A DNA stretch of 64,000 nucleotides from Spirochaetia bacterium (GTDB taxonomy: Bacteria; Spirochaetota; Spirochaetia; DSM-2461): the NCBI GenBank assembly GCA_963668315.1, contig OY764216.1, positions 1,664,001 to 1,728,000 on the forward strand. The letters run 5' to 3'. A model generated the notes under the pieces. It made no database searches and was not told where the DNA came from. It saw only the letters and a program-made list of their open reading frames with translations. This document shows, one piece after another, positions 1-8,805 of the stretch (position 1 is its first letter; each line of letters starts with the position of its first letter). The position numbers and the translations under genes were made by a program.

Positions 1-3
1 CCA

Positions 4-879
4 CTATATTTGTGAATAAACTGTGGTCTTATCTCTCCCGTTTTCTTTGGAGCGGTACAAAGCCTTGTCGGCTTCTTTTATTAACTCGAATATATCACAT
101 CGATCGGAAATGATGGATATACCGATGCTGATCGTTAGATTGTATTCGCTGCTGAAAGCTTCCTTCACATTCATTCTTATTCTTTCTGCGAGATCGAGCG
201 CTTCCTCCTCTTCCGTATGGGGAAGAACTATTATGAATTCTTCTCCTCCGAATCTCGTACAGATATCAAGTTCTCTTAAATTCAGGAGCAAAATCCTGCT
301 GACTTCCATGAGGATTTTATCTCCGGTATTGTGCCCGAAGTTATCATTAATAGACTTGAAATGATCAATATCTATCATCAACAGTGAAAAAGGGGTCTTG
401 TAGCGGATATAGCGCCGAATCTCAATATTGAGTACTTGCATGAGGTGCTGCCTATTGTATAGTTTTGTCAGCGTATCTACCGATGAGAGCTCCACAATTT
501 TCCCGAGAAAGGATTCACCGATTATTTTTGGGGCTAGAATCTCCTTTTTTATATTCGTCAGATAATCGAGGGTTGCAACCGTGATTTCCACATTTCTGTT
601 AAGCAGGCGGCTCAATTCTTTCTTATGGCGGAGAATCTCATTCCATATAGAAAAAGCCCTGTTCTTTTCAAACACTTCATAAGTCAAATGGAAAAGGACC
701 TTTACGTAAAAATCTCCTTCCGATTCACTGAGTAATGTTTCAAAAAGCGCCTTCTCCTCATTCGTTTGGAAACGATCTCCGGCTATCCCGGAAATAAACT
801 CCTTTGTAAAGACTTTATCGCTGATTATATCAAATAATTTACGGCCATCGTCGTTCTCATTTTTCTTCAAATAATCCAT
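4..879 (-). CDS. Diguanylate cyclase (GGDEF) with unrecognised soluble N-terminal domain
   Basis: DTLTKLYNR, DIDHFKSIND.FGH..GD and RFGGEEF motifs; RELD I-site. Confidence 0.9.
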   Translation of the reverse strand: MDYLKKNENDDGRKLFDIISDKVFTKEFISGIAGDRFQTNEEKALFETLLSESEGDFYVKVLFHLTYEVFEKNRAFSIWNEILRHKKELSRLLNRNVEITVATLDYLTNIKKEILAPKIIGESFLGKIVELSSVDTLTKLYNRQHLMQVLNIEIRRYIRYKTPFSLLMIDIDHFKSINDNFGHNTGDKILMEVSRILLLNLRELDICTRFGGEEFIIVLPHTEEEEALDLAERIRMNVKEAFSSEYNLTISIGISIISDRCDIFELIKEADKALYRSKENGRDKTTVYSQI

Positions 880-1370
880 CCTGTTGAAACAGATTCAATT
901 CCATAGCTTGTCATCAGGGATTCCTTCAAAGAACTCATAGAATACTTGATTCACATGACGAAGCTCCCCAAAATATTGGTCTCATCCAAGGAGGAAATAT
1001 TTCATAACTATATATTTACATCCCTGACTCTAGCTCTTTTAATTGTAATCATTACCATTAAATAATGCAACCATAGTGCGTCCCGAGTCAATATAGCCTT
1101 ATGCCATATCAAAGGTAGTGACAGTTAGTAGAGAAGCTAACGGTTAATTCTGATGATATCGGGATCACTAATCAGAAACCTGTATATATTCTGATAAATA
1201 AAACTATCAGCGGATGTATCGGGGAATTGAGAAGATCCTTGGGGCTGAAAAAAAAGCTCAGAAGGTATTTAGAAAGTCTTGAATTAAGATGGTTGCATCA
1301 CAATCCGTATTGCCGATCCAGCGCTTGAGGGCATAGAAACTACCTCCCGTGACTCACGGATTCGGTATGT

Positions 1371-2228
1371 CTAAAGATGAAGCACTTTTTTCCAGTCCGT
1401 ATCGCGGAACAGGATGGCATGCGTCATGAGGGCTGCGAAAGCCAGAAAGGAGAAAATGATAAAGGTTATGAGCGACCATCCGGAGAAATCCGTTGAAAAA
1501 TCCAGGGCGACCAGCATAAGAGACAAAAGCAAAAAGAATAGGCTTACAACATTCAGTCCCCTGCGCCTGACAATCCCCGTAAGAAAAATAAAAAGGGAGG
1601 CGGGAATAAGCGCCGAGACGGCAATCGGGGACCAACTTATCTTCCCGGAAAGTATGTATTCCAGGGCGATGAGGAAGAGTGAGCTAATGAGGAGGGAGAG
1701 ACCGACGGCATTCTGCCATTTTCTCCTTGCCTTGCCCACGTAAAGCACGAAAATGTCCGCGGAGACCGCTCCCGCCAGGATGATCTGGAAATCCCCGGAG
1801 AGCAGGAAATCCCAGGGATACTGCTTCCTGAACAGCATGAACCAGCAGAGGATTATAAGGCCGGCGGAGTTGACAAGCAAGCCCGGCCTCCTGTAAGAAA
1901 GCACTCCCGCCAGGGCCATCCCGAAAGCGGCCGGCAGGGAAATCATCACATAATAGGACCAGGAGATAAGGCCGTTTTGGATATAATCCAGTAACGGGGT
2001 AACGAGGAGGGGCAATAGGCAGGCCATAACCGCCAGAGAAAGGAACAGCGACCTCTTCTGCCGGAGAGTGAGGGAGCGGTGCATCTTTCGGGCCTTCACC
2101 GAATCGGCGGGATAAATCCCTTCTGATTTCTGGGGATTCCGGACCTCCCCGGGGATGGCCGTATCGCAGAGGGGGCATTTTTCCAGGCGGTCTTCAACTT
2201 CGACTCCGCATCGCGGGCAATAGGGCAT
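1371..2228 (-). CDS. Zinc-ribbon multi-pass membrane protein (DUF6320-like)
   Basis: N-terminal CPRC...CPLC, then ~7 hydrophobic segments; abuts the upstream acyltransferase gene. Confidence 0.75.
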   Translation of the reverse strand: MPYCPRCGVEVEDRLEKCPLCDTAIPGEVRNPQKSEGIYPADSVKARKMHRSLTLRQKRSLFLSLAVMACLLPLLVTPLLDYIQNGLISWSYYVMISLPAAFGMALAGVLSYRRPGLLVNSAGLIILCWFMLFRKQYPWDFLLSGDFQIILAGAVSADIFVLYVGKARRKWQNAVGLSLLISSLFLIALEYILSGKISWSPIAVSALIPASLFIFLTGIVRRRGLNVVSLFFLLLSLMLVALDFSTDFSGWSLITFIIFSFLAFAALMTHAILFRDTDWKKVLHL

Positions 2229-3506
2229 TCACATCCTCCCCGAATTCAATAAATTCGTCATGATACTTACGTAAACGCCCTCTTTGCGTAGCGCCGCAAA
2301 AAAAGCCGCTTCCACTTCCTTCCCCCATAATGTACTCCCGAAGAACAGGGAGATACTGTCCCTGTAGCCGATGGCCGTCAAATTAATCCGGCCGGAGTTC
2401 CTGGGCGGAATGATCTCGTATTTTTTAACATACTTTCCCATCTTAACAGGCAGGCGGACCAGGCCGAGATTGGAAAAGCTCATGGAGTAGGTATTCTCTC
2501 CCATCCTCCTGTTGATCCATTTGAGAATCGGCTTCTTGAGCAGGAGGGGGAGAACGCGGGACAGGACATTCGCTTCGCCCCGGATGTTGCGGGCTATCTG
2601 CATCTTAAGGTAATTGATATCCATTTCGAGTCTCATGTAATCCCTTACCCGGCCGATGATATATTCCAAGGTGGTCCGCCCCAGTCTCGGATCAACGGTG
2701 GGCTCTACGGTCAGCATGAAGTTCCTCATTGTTTTGGAAGGGAAGAACTGCCTTACGTCGACGGGGATAGTCAGCGTAACGGGCTTCATGCGCTTTTTCG
2801 TCCGCTCCAGGTCACATAGTACCTTAAGAAGCACTGCGCTCAGATAGACTCCTATGGTCACGCCGAAAGCCTCGGCGCGGATCTTTACATCCCCTGTACT
2901 CAGGATTCCCTCGATAATACGGTATTTCGGCGGCTTGAGCGGTGCTCCCCTTAGCTGCGCCGCTCTCCGGCACGGCTTCGCCCGGGGGATACTTCTGTCG
3001 AAATTCCTTTTGTAACCGTCTGAATACTCCTCCGGATCGCAGGAATCTTCGCAATCCAGCACCATCCCGTCGGAAGAGACATCTTCTCCCATGATTTTCA
3101 AATATTCCAAAATCAGCCCGTTCAGAAAAGTTATGCCCGATTTCCCGTCGGCCAGCAGATGGGACGCCTCAAAGGCGATGCGATGGCGATAGGCGATAAT
3201 TCGGAAAGGAAGGACATCCCTTCTTTTGAAGGGGATATACTGGCAGGGCGACTGGCTCTCCCCATGAACGAGGGGCAGGGTATCGACCTTGTCCAGATAG
3301 TACCAGAAGACACCCTGCTTCAAAGTGACTTGGTAATAGGGGCATCGCGCCATCATATTCCGGGCCGCCTCTTCGAGTGCGCCTATCCGGACTGGCTTAT
3401 CCATGAGAGCCGCAATCCGGAATATGGTGGTTCTCTCCTTTGAAAGAAGAGGAGGATAAAGCTTCCCCGCATTATCCAGGCGGTAATCGTAAAATTGCTC
3501 TTTCAT
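2229..3506 (-). CDS. Alcohol acetyltransferase / condensation-fold CoA-dependent acyltransferase
   Basis: LDNAGKLYP start, HLLADG (HxxxDG) motif, IPVDVRQFFPSKTMRNF, FSNLG. Confidence 0.8.
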   Translation of the reverse strand: MKEQFYDYRLDNAGKLYPPLLSKERTTIFRIAALMDKPVRIGALEEAARNMMARCPYYQVTLKQGVFWYYLDKVDTLPLVHGESQSPCQYIPFKRRDVLPFRIIAYRHRIAFEASHLLADGKSGITFLNGLILEYLKIMGEDVSSDGMVLDCEDSCDPEEYSDGYKRNFDRSIPRAKPCRRAAQLRGAPLKPPKYRIIEGILSTGDVKIRAEAFGVTIGVYLSAVLLKVLCDLERTKKRMKPVTLTIPVDVRQFFPSKTMRNFMLTVEPTVDPRLGRTTLEYIIGRVRDYMRLEMDINYLKMQIARNIRGEANVLSRVLPLLLKKPILKWINRRMGENTYSMSFSNLGLVRLPVKMGKYVKKYEIIPPRNSGRINLTAIGYRDSISLFFGSTLWGKEVEAAFFAALRKEGVYVSIMTNLLNSGRM

Positions 3507-3678
3507 CCTATGGCTGCCCCTTTAATTATATATGATCCCCCGGATTATTACCATCGGCCGTGATGAAAAACGCCGTTCCCTATCCCCCGTGCCTCCCATG
3601 GGGAGAAAATCGGCACGGATGGCCGAAAGAAGCGCGATCACGCCGGGAGTATGGTATAATGGGGGAAAGGATGAAAAT

Positions 3679-3900
3679 ATGAATAGAATTAAAACCGATA
3701 ATGAACTCAACACCATTGCCTTGAAAGTAGTGGATATTGCCGGTATCGCGGAAACCTTGAAAACAGCATGCGAAAAAGTCATTTACAGATATAACAAGGG
3801 AACACCCCTGAACCTTTCCGAGATTGAAAGGAGTATCCTGCTGAAGGCTAATTATGGTGAAATGATTATATCAGACCAACCCGACAGATGGCTTCTGTAG
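3679..3900 (+). CDS. Small hypothetical protein (73 aa)
   Basis: ATG at 3679 preceded by extended -10 TGGTATAAT (3652-3660) and a purine-rich RBS; 3' end overlaps the enzyme I gene. Confidence 0.4.
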   Translation: MNRIKTDNELNTIALKVVDIAGIAETLKTACEKVIYRYNKGTPLNLSEIERSILLKANYGEMIISDQPDRWLL

Positions 3901-5553
3901 GCGCGAGTGGCGTACGGCCTCTTTGATTAAGGGGATAAGGGGAGGGGCTACGCTTAACGTTTCTATGCCGCATGAAAGGAGCTTTTCCACGTTCTGCGGC
4001 TGACCTGCCAGTTCCCCGCATACGGAAAGGGGCATGTCCGGAACGTCTCCCCGGGTAAGGCCGATCAATCTGAAAATGACTTGGGAAGAATCATTGAAAT
4101 AGGTCTCCACCGCCCCGTTCTCGCGGTCGGCGGCATAGGAATACTGGGTAAGGTCATTCGTTCCGAAACTGAGGAAGTCGGCATATTCGCCTATGAGCTT
4201 CGCAGACAACGCGGCGGCGGGGGTCTCGATCATGGCGCCGAGGGGGGGCGGGGATGCCATGTTTTCCTCGGAGCACAGCCGGTCGAGAATTTCCCTTACC
4301 CGGGCCATTTCTTCCGGCAGGGAAACCATGGGCACCAGAATGCGGATGTCAAATTCCAGGGACAACTGGAGCAGAGCTCTCATATTGGTTTTCAATAGCT
4401 CCGGGTATTTTAAAAGGAGCCGTATGCCGCGCTGCCCCAGTGCGGGATTCGATTCGGCCAGAAAACTCATAAACGCCAATTGTTTGTCGCTTCCGAGATC
4501 AAGAAGCCGAACGTTGACGGGCAGGCCTTTGGCGGAACTCAAGGTTTGCCTCATTTCCGAGAGCAGTTCGCTGACTTTCGGCGGAGCGATCCGCCCGAGA
4601 TAGGCCCGCTCCATCCGATAAAGACCTATTCCATCGGCACCGTTTTCCATGGCCCGCTCCGTGTCCTCGGGGCATCCGACATTCGCCAGCACGGAAATCC
4701 GTAAACCGTCCTCCGTAACCGCCGGGCCGGCGGCTTTGAGCCTGACAATCTCCCGGTTTTGCCTGTTCTCATCCATTTTACCACGGAAAATGCGGATCTG
4801 CTTTTCCATAGGGCGGATAATGACTGTCCCCTCATCGGCGTTAACAAGCGCCGGATCTTCCTCGGAAAAGAGGGACTGGATACCGGATATGCCGGATATG
4901 CAGGGTATGCCCATCTCGCGCAGAAAAAGGGAGGCGTGGGAGCCGTAGCTTCCGTATTCAAGGAGAACGGCAGATATGGAACGGCCTGAAAGAAAAACCG
5001 TATCGGAGGGGAGAAGGCGGGAGATAGCCAGCACGCTATGCTGCGGGATTTCGTCGAGGGGGTGGACTGTTATTCCGGCAAGGGCGTTTGAAAGGCGTAT
5101 CGAAACGTCCTTCATGTCTTCTCCCTTGTCCCTTGAGATTTGGGAATCCATTAAAAGAAACCTCTTTTCCCAGCGCAGGAAGACGGTTTTCACGGCGCTG
5201 CTCGCGGTGACGAGGTTATCTTCTATTTCCCTTTTCAGCTCATTCCTTAAGGAAGTATCCTCCACTATCAGCTTGTGGATCCCGAAAATACTGGCCAGTC
5301 TCGCATCCACTTGCTCTTCCACGCGAACGGCTAGAGCGCATAGATCATCGGATACCTTTGTCGTAGCCTCATCAAGCCGGTAAAATTCTTCTTCGATATC
5401 ATGGCGCTTTATGTCGGCGGGCACATCAATCGGCCCCAGAATATTGCGATGGGTGTGAACAAGCCCTTCCACAATTCCCGGGGAGAGGGGAATCCCCTTA
5501 ACTATACATCCCTTTTTCTGTGTCAACGGCTCATCCTTTCCAGTCTGAATCAT
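3871..5553 (-). CDS. ptsI: PEP-protein phosphotransferase (PTS enzyme I)
   Basis: GSHASLFLREMGIP (phospho-His), GADGIGLYR, RLLDLGSDK, NPALGQRGIR, GAMIETP, GTNDLTQY, CGELAG; start may be 5553 or 5604. Confidence 0.9.
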   Translation of the reverse strand: MIQTGKDEPLTQKKGCIVKGIPLSPGIVEGLVHTHRNILGPIDVPADIKRHDIEEEFYRLDEATTKVSDDLCALAVRVEEQVDARLASIFGIHKLIVEDTSLRNELKREIEDNLVTASSAVKTVFLRWEKRFLLMDSQISRDKGEDMKDVSIRLSNALAGITVHPLDEIPQHSVLAISRLLPSDTVFLSGRSISAVLLEYGSYGSHASLFLREMGIPCISGISGIQSLFSEEDPALVNADEGTVIIRPMEKQIRIFRGKMDENRQNREIVRLKAAGPAVTEDGLRISVLANVGCPEDTERAMENGADGIGLYRMERAYLGRIAPPKVSELLSEMRQTLSSAKGLPVNVRLLDLGSDKQLAFMSFLAESNPALGQRGIRLLLKYPELLKTNMRALLQLSLEFDIRILVPMVSLPEEMARVREILDRLCSEENMASPPPLGAMIETPAAALSAKLIGEYADFLSFGTNDLTQYSYAADRENGAVETYFNDSSQVIFRLIGLTRGDVPDMPLSVCGELAGQPQNVEKLLSCGIETLSVAPPLIPLIKEAVRHSRLQKPSVGLV

Positions 5554-5560
5554 GGGAGAT

Positions 5561-5815
5561 TCAATTCCCTTCACGCCCTTCTTCCCCAGGGTGGGCATCG
5601 TCATGTTGGTGAAGCAAATACATGGCGCCGCCCCAAACTAATCCTGACACGATAATAATCAGAACGCCGATCCAGGGAACAATGCCCAGAAGATATAGGG
5701 CCAGGCTGAATGCGCCGAACAAAACCCCCGTTATGGCAAGAAAAGTTAACAGCCATACCCATAAGGGTTTATCCGAAAGGAAACTGATGATTTTGTTATC
5801 TGTGGAATTATGCAT
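5561..5815 (-). CDS. Small two-TM membrane protein
   Basis: AGGAGG RBS, two hydrophobic helices, ends 7 nt before the likely enzyme I start. Confidence 0.6.
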   Translation of the reverse strand: MHNSTDNKIISFLSDKPLWVWLLTFLAITGVLFGAFSLALYLLGIVPWIGVLIIIVSGLVWGGAMYLLHQHDDAHPGEEGREGN

Positions 5816-6094
5816 AAGAACCTCCTAAGGTTCCGTTATGAAGATAGGAGGACGCGTCCGTTTCGGGTAGGGGAACCAGCTACGTTCTCTCCGCATAAAC
5901 CTATCACTCGCAAATGTATGTTGCTCAGAATTATTAGTAAGGCTTTAGCAGGGCAGGCGAAAGTTGCAAGCATGTTGTATAATGCTTGTCTCCTTCATGT
6001 TCCTATGGGAATGGTAGAAGAAATGAAATAAATTAGTTCCTAAGGATATATTAGAAATTTAACTACAGAAAACACAATAAATCAATAGGAATTG

Positions 6095-6115
6095 ATATTA
6101 TTACCCGCAAAGGTT
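6095..6115. repeat. 21-bp direct repeat, copy 1 (19/21 identical to 7225-7245)
   Basis: ATATTATTACCCGCAAAGGTT vs ATATTATTACCCGTAAGGGTT. Confidence 0.6.
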
Positions 6116-6228
6116 TCGCAGAGCCCATTTCTTTTAGAGCCATGCCAGCGAACCCGATGCGGATAAGGTGGGTGAGATATACCATGCCAGTTGACAGCCG
6201 GAGCTTCGCCTGGGCATGGTATGGAAGT

Positions 6229-6489
6229 TTATCTCCTGTTAGGATTCGACTCGGAGATGTTGACCTTTAGATTTCTGCCAAGAACTTCCTTACCATTAAG
6301 GGCCGATATCGCCTTGGAAGCTTCTTCACTATCTGACATCTCGACAAAACCGAATCCCTTGGAACGGCTTGTCTCCCTGTCCAAAATGATCTTGACGGAA
6401 TTGACTTTGCCGAATTCGTCAAAAAGGTTTTGAACATCAAACTCACTCGTTTCCCAACTCAGATTTCCCACATAAATATTACTAGACAT
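6229..6489 (-). CDS. RRM-domain RNA-binding protein
   Basis: RNP2 IYVGNL and RNP1 KGFGFVEM. Confidence 0.95.
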   Translation of the reverse strand: MSSNIYVGNLSWETSEFDVQNLFDEFGKVNSVKIILDRETSRSKGFGFVEMSDSEEASKAISALNGKEVLGRNLKVNISESNPNRR

Positions 6490-6657
6490 ATTGTCTCCTT
6501 ACACCGGCATCAACCGGTCTTGTTAATCAAGAGAATAAATCAAAATAATAAATGACGCGGAAAAGTATAAAGGATACTGAAAGTGAATACAATCGAGATC
6601 TTATGTTTAATAACGAATCAAAAAGAATAAATGAAATAAACTTGCTTGTTGAATAAG

Positions 6658-6686
6658 ACACTACCTTAGTTCATGCTTATTGTCAA
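6658..6686 (-). promoter_or_regulatory. Sigma-70-type promoter of the RRM gene
   Basis: TTGACA-17 nt-TAGTGT on the minus strand. Confidence 0.55.
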
Positions 6687-6746
6687 TACGGATTATCCTC
6701 TGACTCGATTGAAAAGGAGGTCACTTTAAAACTGCTTCCAGATACC

Positions 6747-7070
6747 TTGGGCAAATATATTAAACTATATAAGAGTATCAAGTTGTATAAAGAAGATATG
6801 GTAAATCAGTATTTATCAAAAGAGGGAGAAATCCCAAATTGTTTTTTTCCAACTCTAGGTTTGTGGAATTCTTCAAATGATTTAATTCATGAGAATGAGA
6901 TAATCTCAGATATCAGGGAGTTATATAGTTTTATCACATCAATACAAGATTATGGAAAAGACAGAGAAGCCTTATTGTTTTACAAAAAGAAACTAAGCTT
7001 GGATTTTAATAGAATATCTGCAAGAGATTTAATAAGTATCCCTCTAATTCATGGTTACAATCCATGTTAG
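6747..7070 (+). CDS. AT-rich hypothetical protein or gene fragment
   Basis: Open frame in a very AT-rich segment; no recognisable motif. Confidence 0.3.
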   Translation: MGKYIKLYKSIKLYKEDMVNQYLSKEGEIPNCFFPTLGLWNSSNDLIHENEIISDIRELYSFITSIQDYGKDREALLFYKKKLSLDFNRISARDLISIPLIHGYNPC

Positions 7071-7224
7071 AAGTATAAAGGGGTTCAGGTCATGTTTATT
7101 CAGGATTCCTAAAAGGTAAAATCCTCCTTTTTCCTCTCTACTCCCGAAAATAAAAGGGTCAAAAAAGGCATCAATCCCGAAAATGGGACTAAAAAAAAAG
7201 CACCCTCCGAAGAAGATGCTCTAT

Positions 7225-7245
7225 ATATTATTACCCGTAAGGGTT
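7225..7245. repeat. 21-bp direct repeat, copy 2, just downstream of the tRNA-Leu 3' end
   Basis: Matches 6095-6115 with two mismatches. Confidence 0.6.
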
Positions 7246-7250
7246 AACGT

Positions 7251-7334
7251 TGCGGTAGAGAAGACTTGAACTTCCACGGTCTTGCGACCACTAGCCCCTC
7301 AAGCTAGCGTGTCTACCAATTCCACCACTACCGC
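7251..7334 (-). tRNA. tRNA-Leu (anticodon GAG)
   Basis: GCGGTAG...CTACCGC-A acceptor stem, D loop GGAATTGGTAGAC, anticodon arm CTAGC-TTGAGGG-GCTAG, long variable arm, GTTCAAGTC T loop; CCA not encoded. Confidence 0.97.
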
Positions 7335-7393
7335 TTGCAAACGCTCGATGATATTACAAAACCGCAGAAGTTTTGTCAACTACTTCGGCGAAA

Positions 7394-8746
7394 TTATTTT
7401 AACCGGATATTTACCGATTCCGCATGGGCTGTCAGACCTTCACTCTGGGCCAGGGTATTTATGTGTTTCTGCGCTTCGGCCAGCCCTTTTTTCGTGTATT
7501 GGATCAGGCTGGATGTCTTGATAAAATCGTTGGATGTCAAGCCGGAAAAGAAGCGGCTCGTTCCCCCCGTGGGCAGAACATGGCTCGGCCCGGCGAAGTA
7601 GTCTCCCGAGGCAACCGGCGTCTCCGAACCCAGGAAGATCGCTCCCGCATTGCGGATGCCTTTCAGGGTTTCCTGCGGATCGGCCGTTACGATTTCCAGG
7701 TGTTCGGGGCAGAAGATATTGCTCAGCTCCACCGCCCGGTTCATATCGGGGGTGACGATGATCAGACTGTACCGGTCTATGGCCTCGCCGATCTCCTTTG
7801 AACGGGAGAGGCTGGGCAGGAGCCGGTCCACTTCCTCGTTGACACGGTCAGCCAGTTCCCGGCTGTCGGTCATAAGGATCGCGCTGCCGGGAAAATGTTC
7901 CGCCTGGGAGAAAAGGTCCATGGCCACATTTGCCGGGTTGGCCGAATTATCCGCCAGTATGCCGATCTCCGAAGGTCCGGCGAAGAAGTCGATATCCACG
8001 TGGCCGTATAGCTTCTGCTTGGCCATTGTCACGAACAGATTACCCGGTCCGACAATCTTGTCCACCCTGGGGACCGATGCGGTTCCCAGGGCCATGGCGG
8101 CGATGGCGGGTACTCCGCCGATCTTGAAAATCCGGTCCACGCCGGCGATTTTCGCCGCTGCCAGCAGAGCGGGGGAGAGGCTGCCGTCCTTCCGTGAAGG
8201 GGTAAACATAATGATTTCTTTCACGCCGGCGGTCCGGGCCAGAACGGCCGTCATCAGGACAGAGCTGCACAGGGGGGTCTCGCCTCCGATGCCGCCGGGG
8301 ATATAGATCCCCACCCGTTCCATGGGAGTGACCTTAATCCCCCGCATCACCCCGTCTTTTTCCAGGGGAGGGACGCCTTTATAAAGTATATGGCTCTGGT
8401 ATTCGGCGATATTGGCCGCCGCCTTTTCCAGGGCCTCCACTAAAGACTTGTCCACATGATCAAAAGCTTCGGCCGTCATGGCCGGATCGGATTCGAAGAC
8501 GCCCTCTGCGAAATGGGCGCCGTCCAGTTCCTTTGCGTAATGGAGAACCGCCTTGTCGCCGTCGGCTTTGACATCGGCTATGATCCTGTCCACAACCTGT
8601 GACGGGACCAGGGGTACTCCGAAGACCTTTTCGGTCAGGGCGGATGACTTGGAGGAGACAATCCCCTCGGTCACGCTGAGTTTCTTCCGTAATTCTTCCA
8701 CTTCAGGGGGAAGACTGGTATTATCGCATTGAACTATCTTGATCAT
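7394..8746 (-). CDS. hisD: Histidinol dehydrogenase
   Basis: VDKIVGPGN, DFFAGPSE, SQAEH, PEHLE, GDYFAGPSHVLPTGG; start 8746 or 8761. Confidence 0.95.
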   Translation of the reverse strand: MIKIVQCDNTSLPPEVEELRKKLSVTEGIVSSKSSALTEKVFGVPLVPSQVVDRIIADVKADGDKAVLHYAKELDGAHFAEGVFESDPAMTAEAFDHVDKSLVEALEKAAANIAEYQSHILYKGVPPLEKDGVMRGIKVTPMERVGIYIPGGIGGETPLCSSVLMTAVLARTAGVKEIIMFTPSRKDGSLSPALLAAAKIAGVDRIFKIGGVPAIAAMALGTASVPRVDKIVGPGNLFVTMAKQKLYGHVDIDFFAGPSEIGILADNSANPANVAMDLFSQAEHFPGSAILMTDSRELADRVNEEVDRLLPSLSRSKEIGEAIDRYSLIIVTPDMNRAVELSNIFCPEHLEIVTADPQETLKGIRNAGAIFLGSETPVASGDYFAGPSHVLPTGGTSRFFSGLTSNDFIKTSSLIQYTKKGLAEAQKHINTLAQSEGLTAHAESVNIRLK

Positions 8747-8805
8747 ACCTAGATTAAACATGTTAAAATAGAGTTAGTCAATTGCATTATATAAGAGGAG
8801 TCTTT

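Noticed and set aside
880..1005. In-frame upstream extension of the first cyclase with two TGA codons (readthrough or selenocysteine)
   Set aside because: No SECIS-like hairpin or Cys-motif context; more likely chance or a decayed gene fragment.
5816..5920. Possible riboswitch (glycine or c-di-GMP-like words GGAGAG, CCGAAACGGACGC) upstream of the small membrane protein
   Set aside because: Isolated words only; the required stems and remaining consensus are absent.
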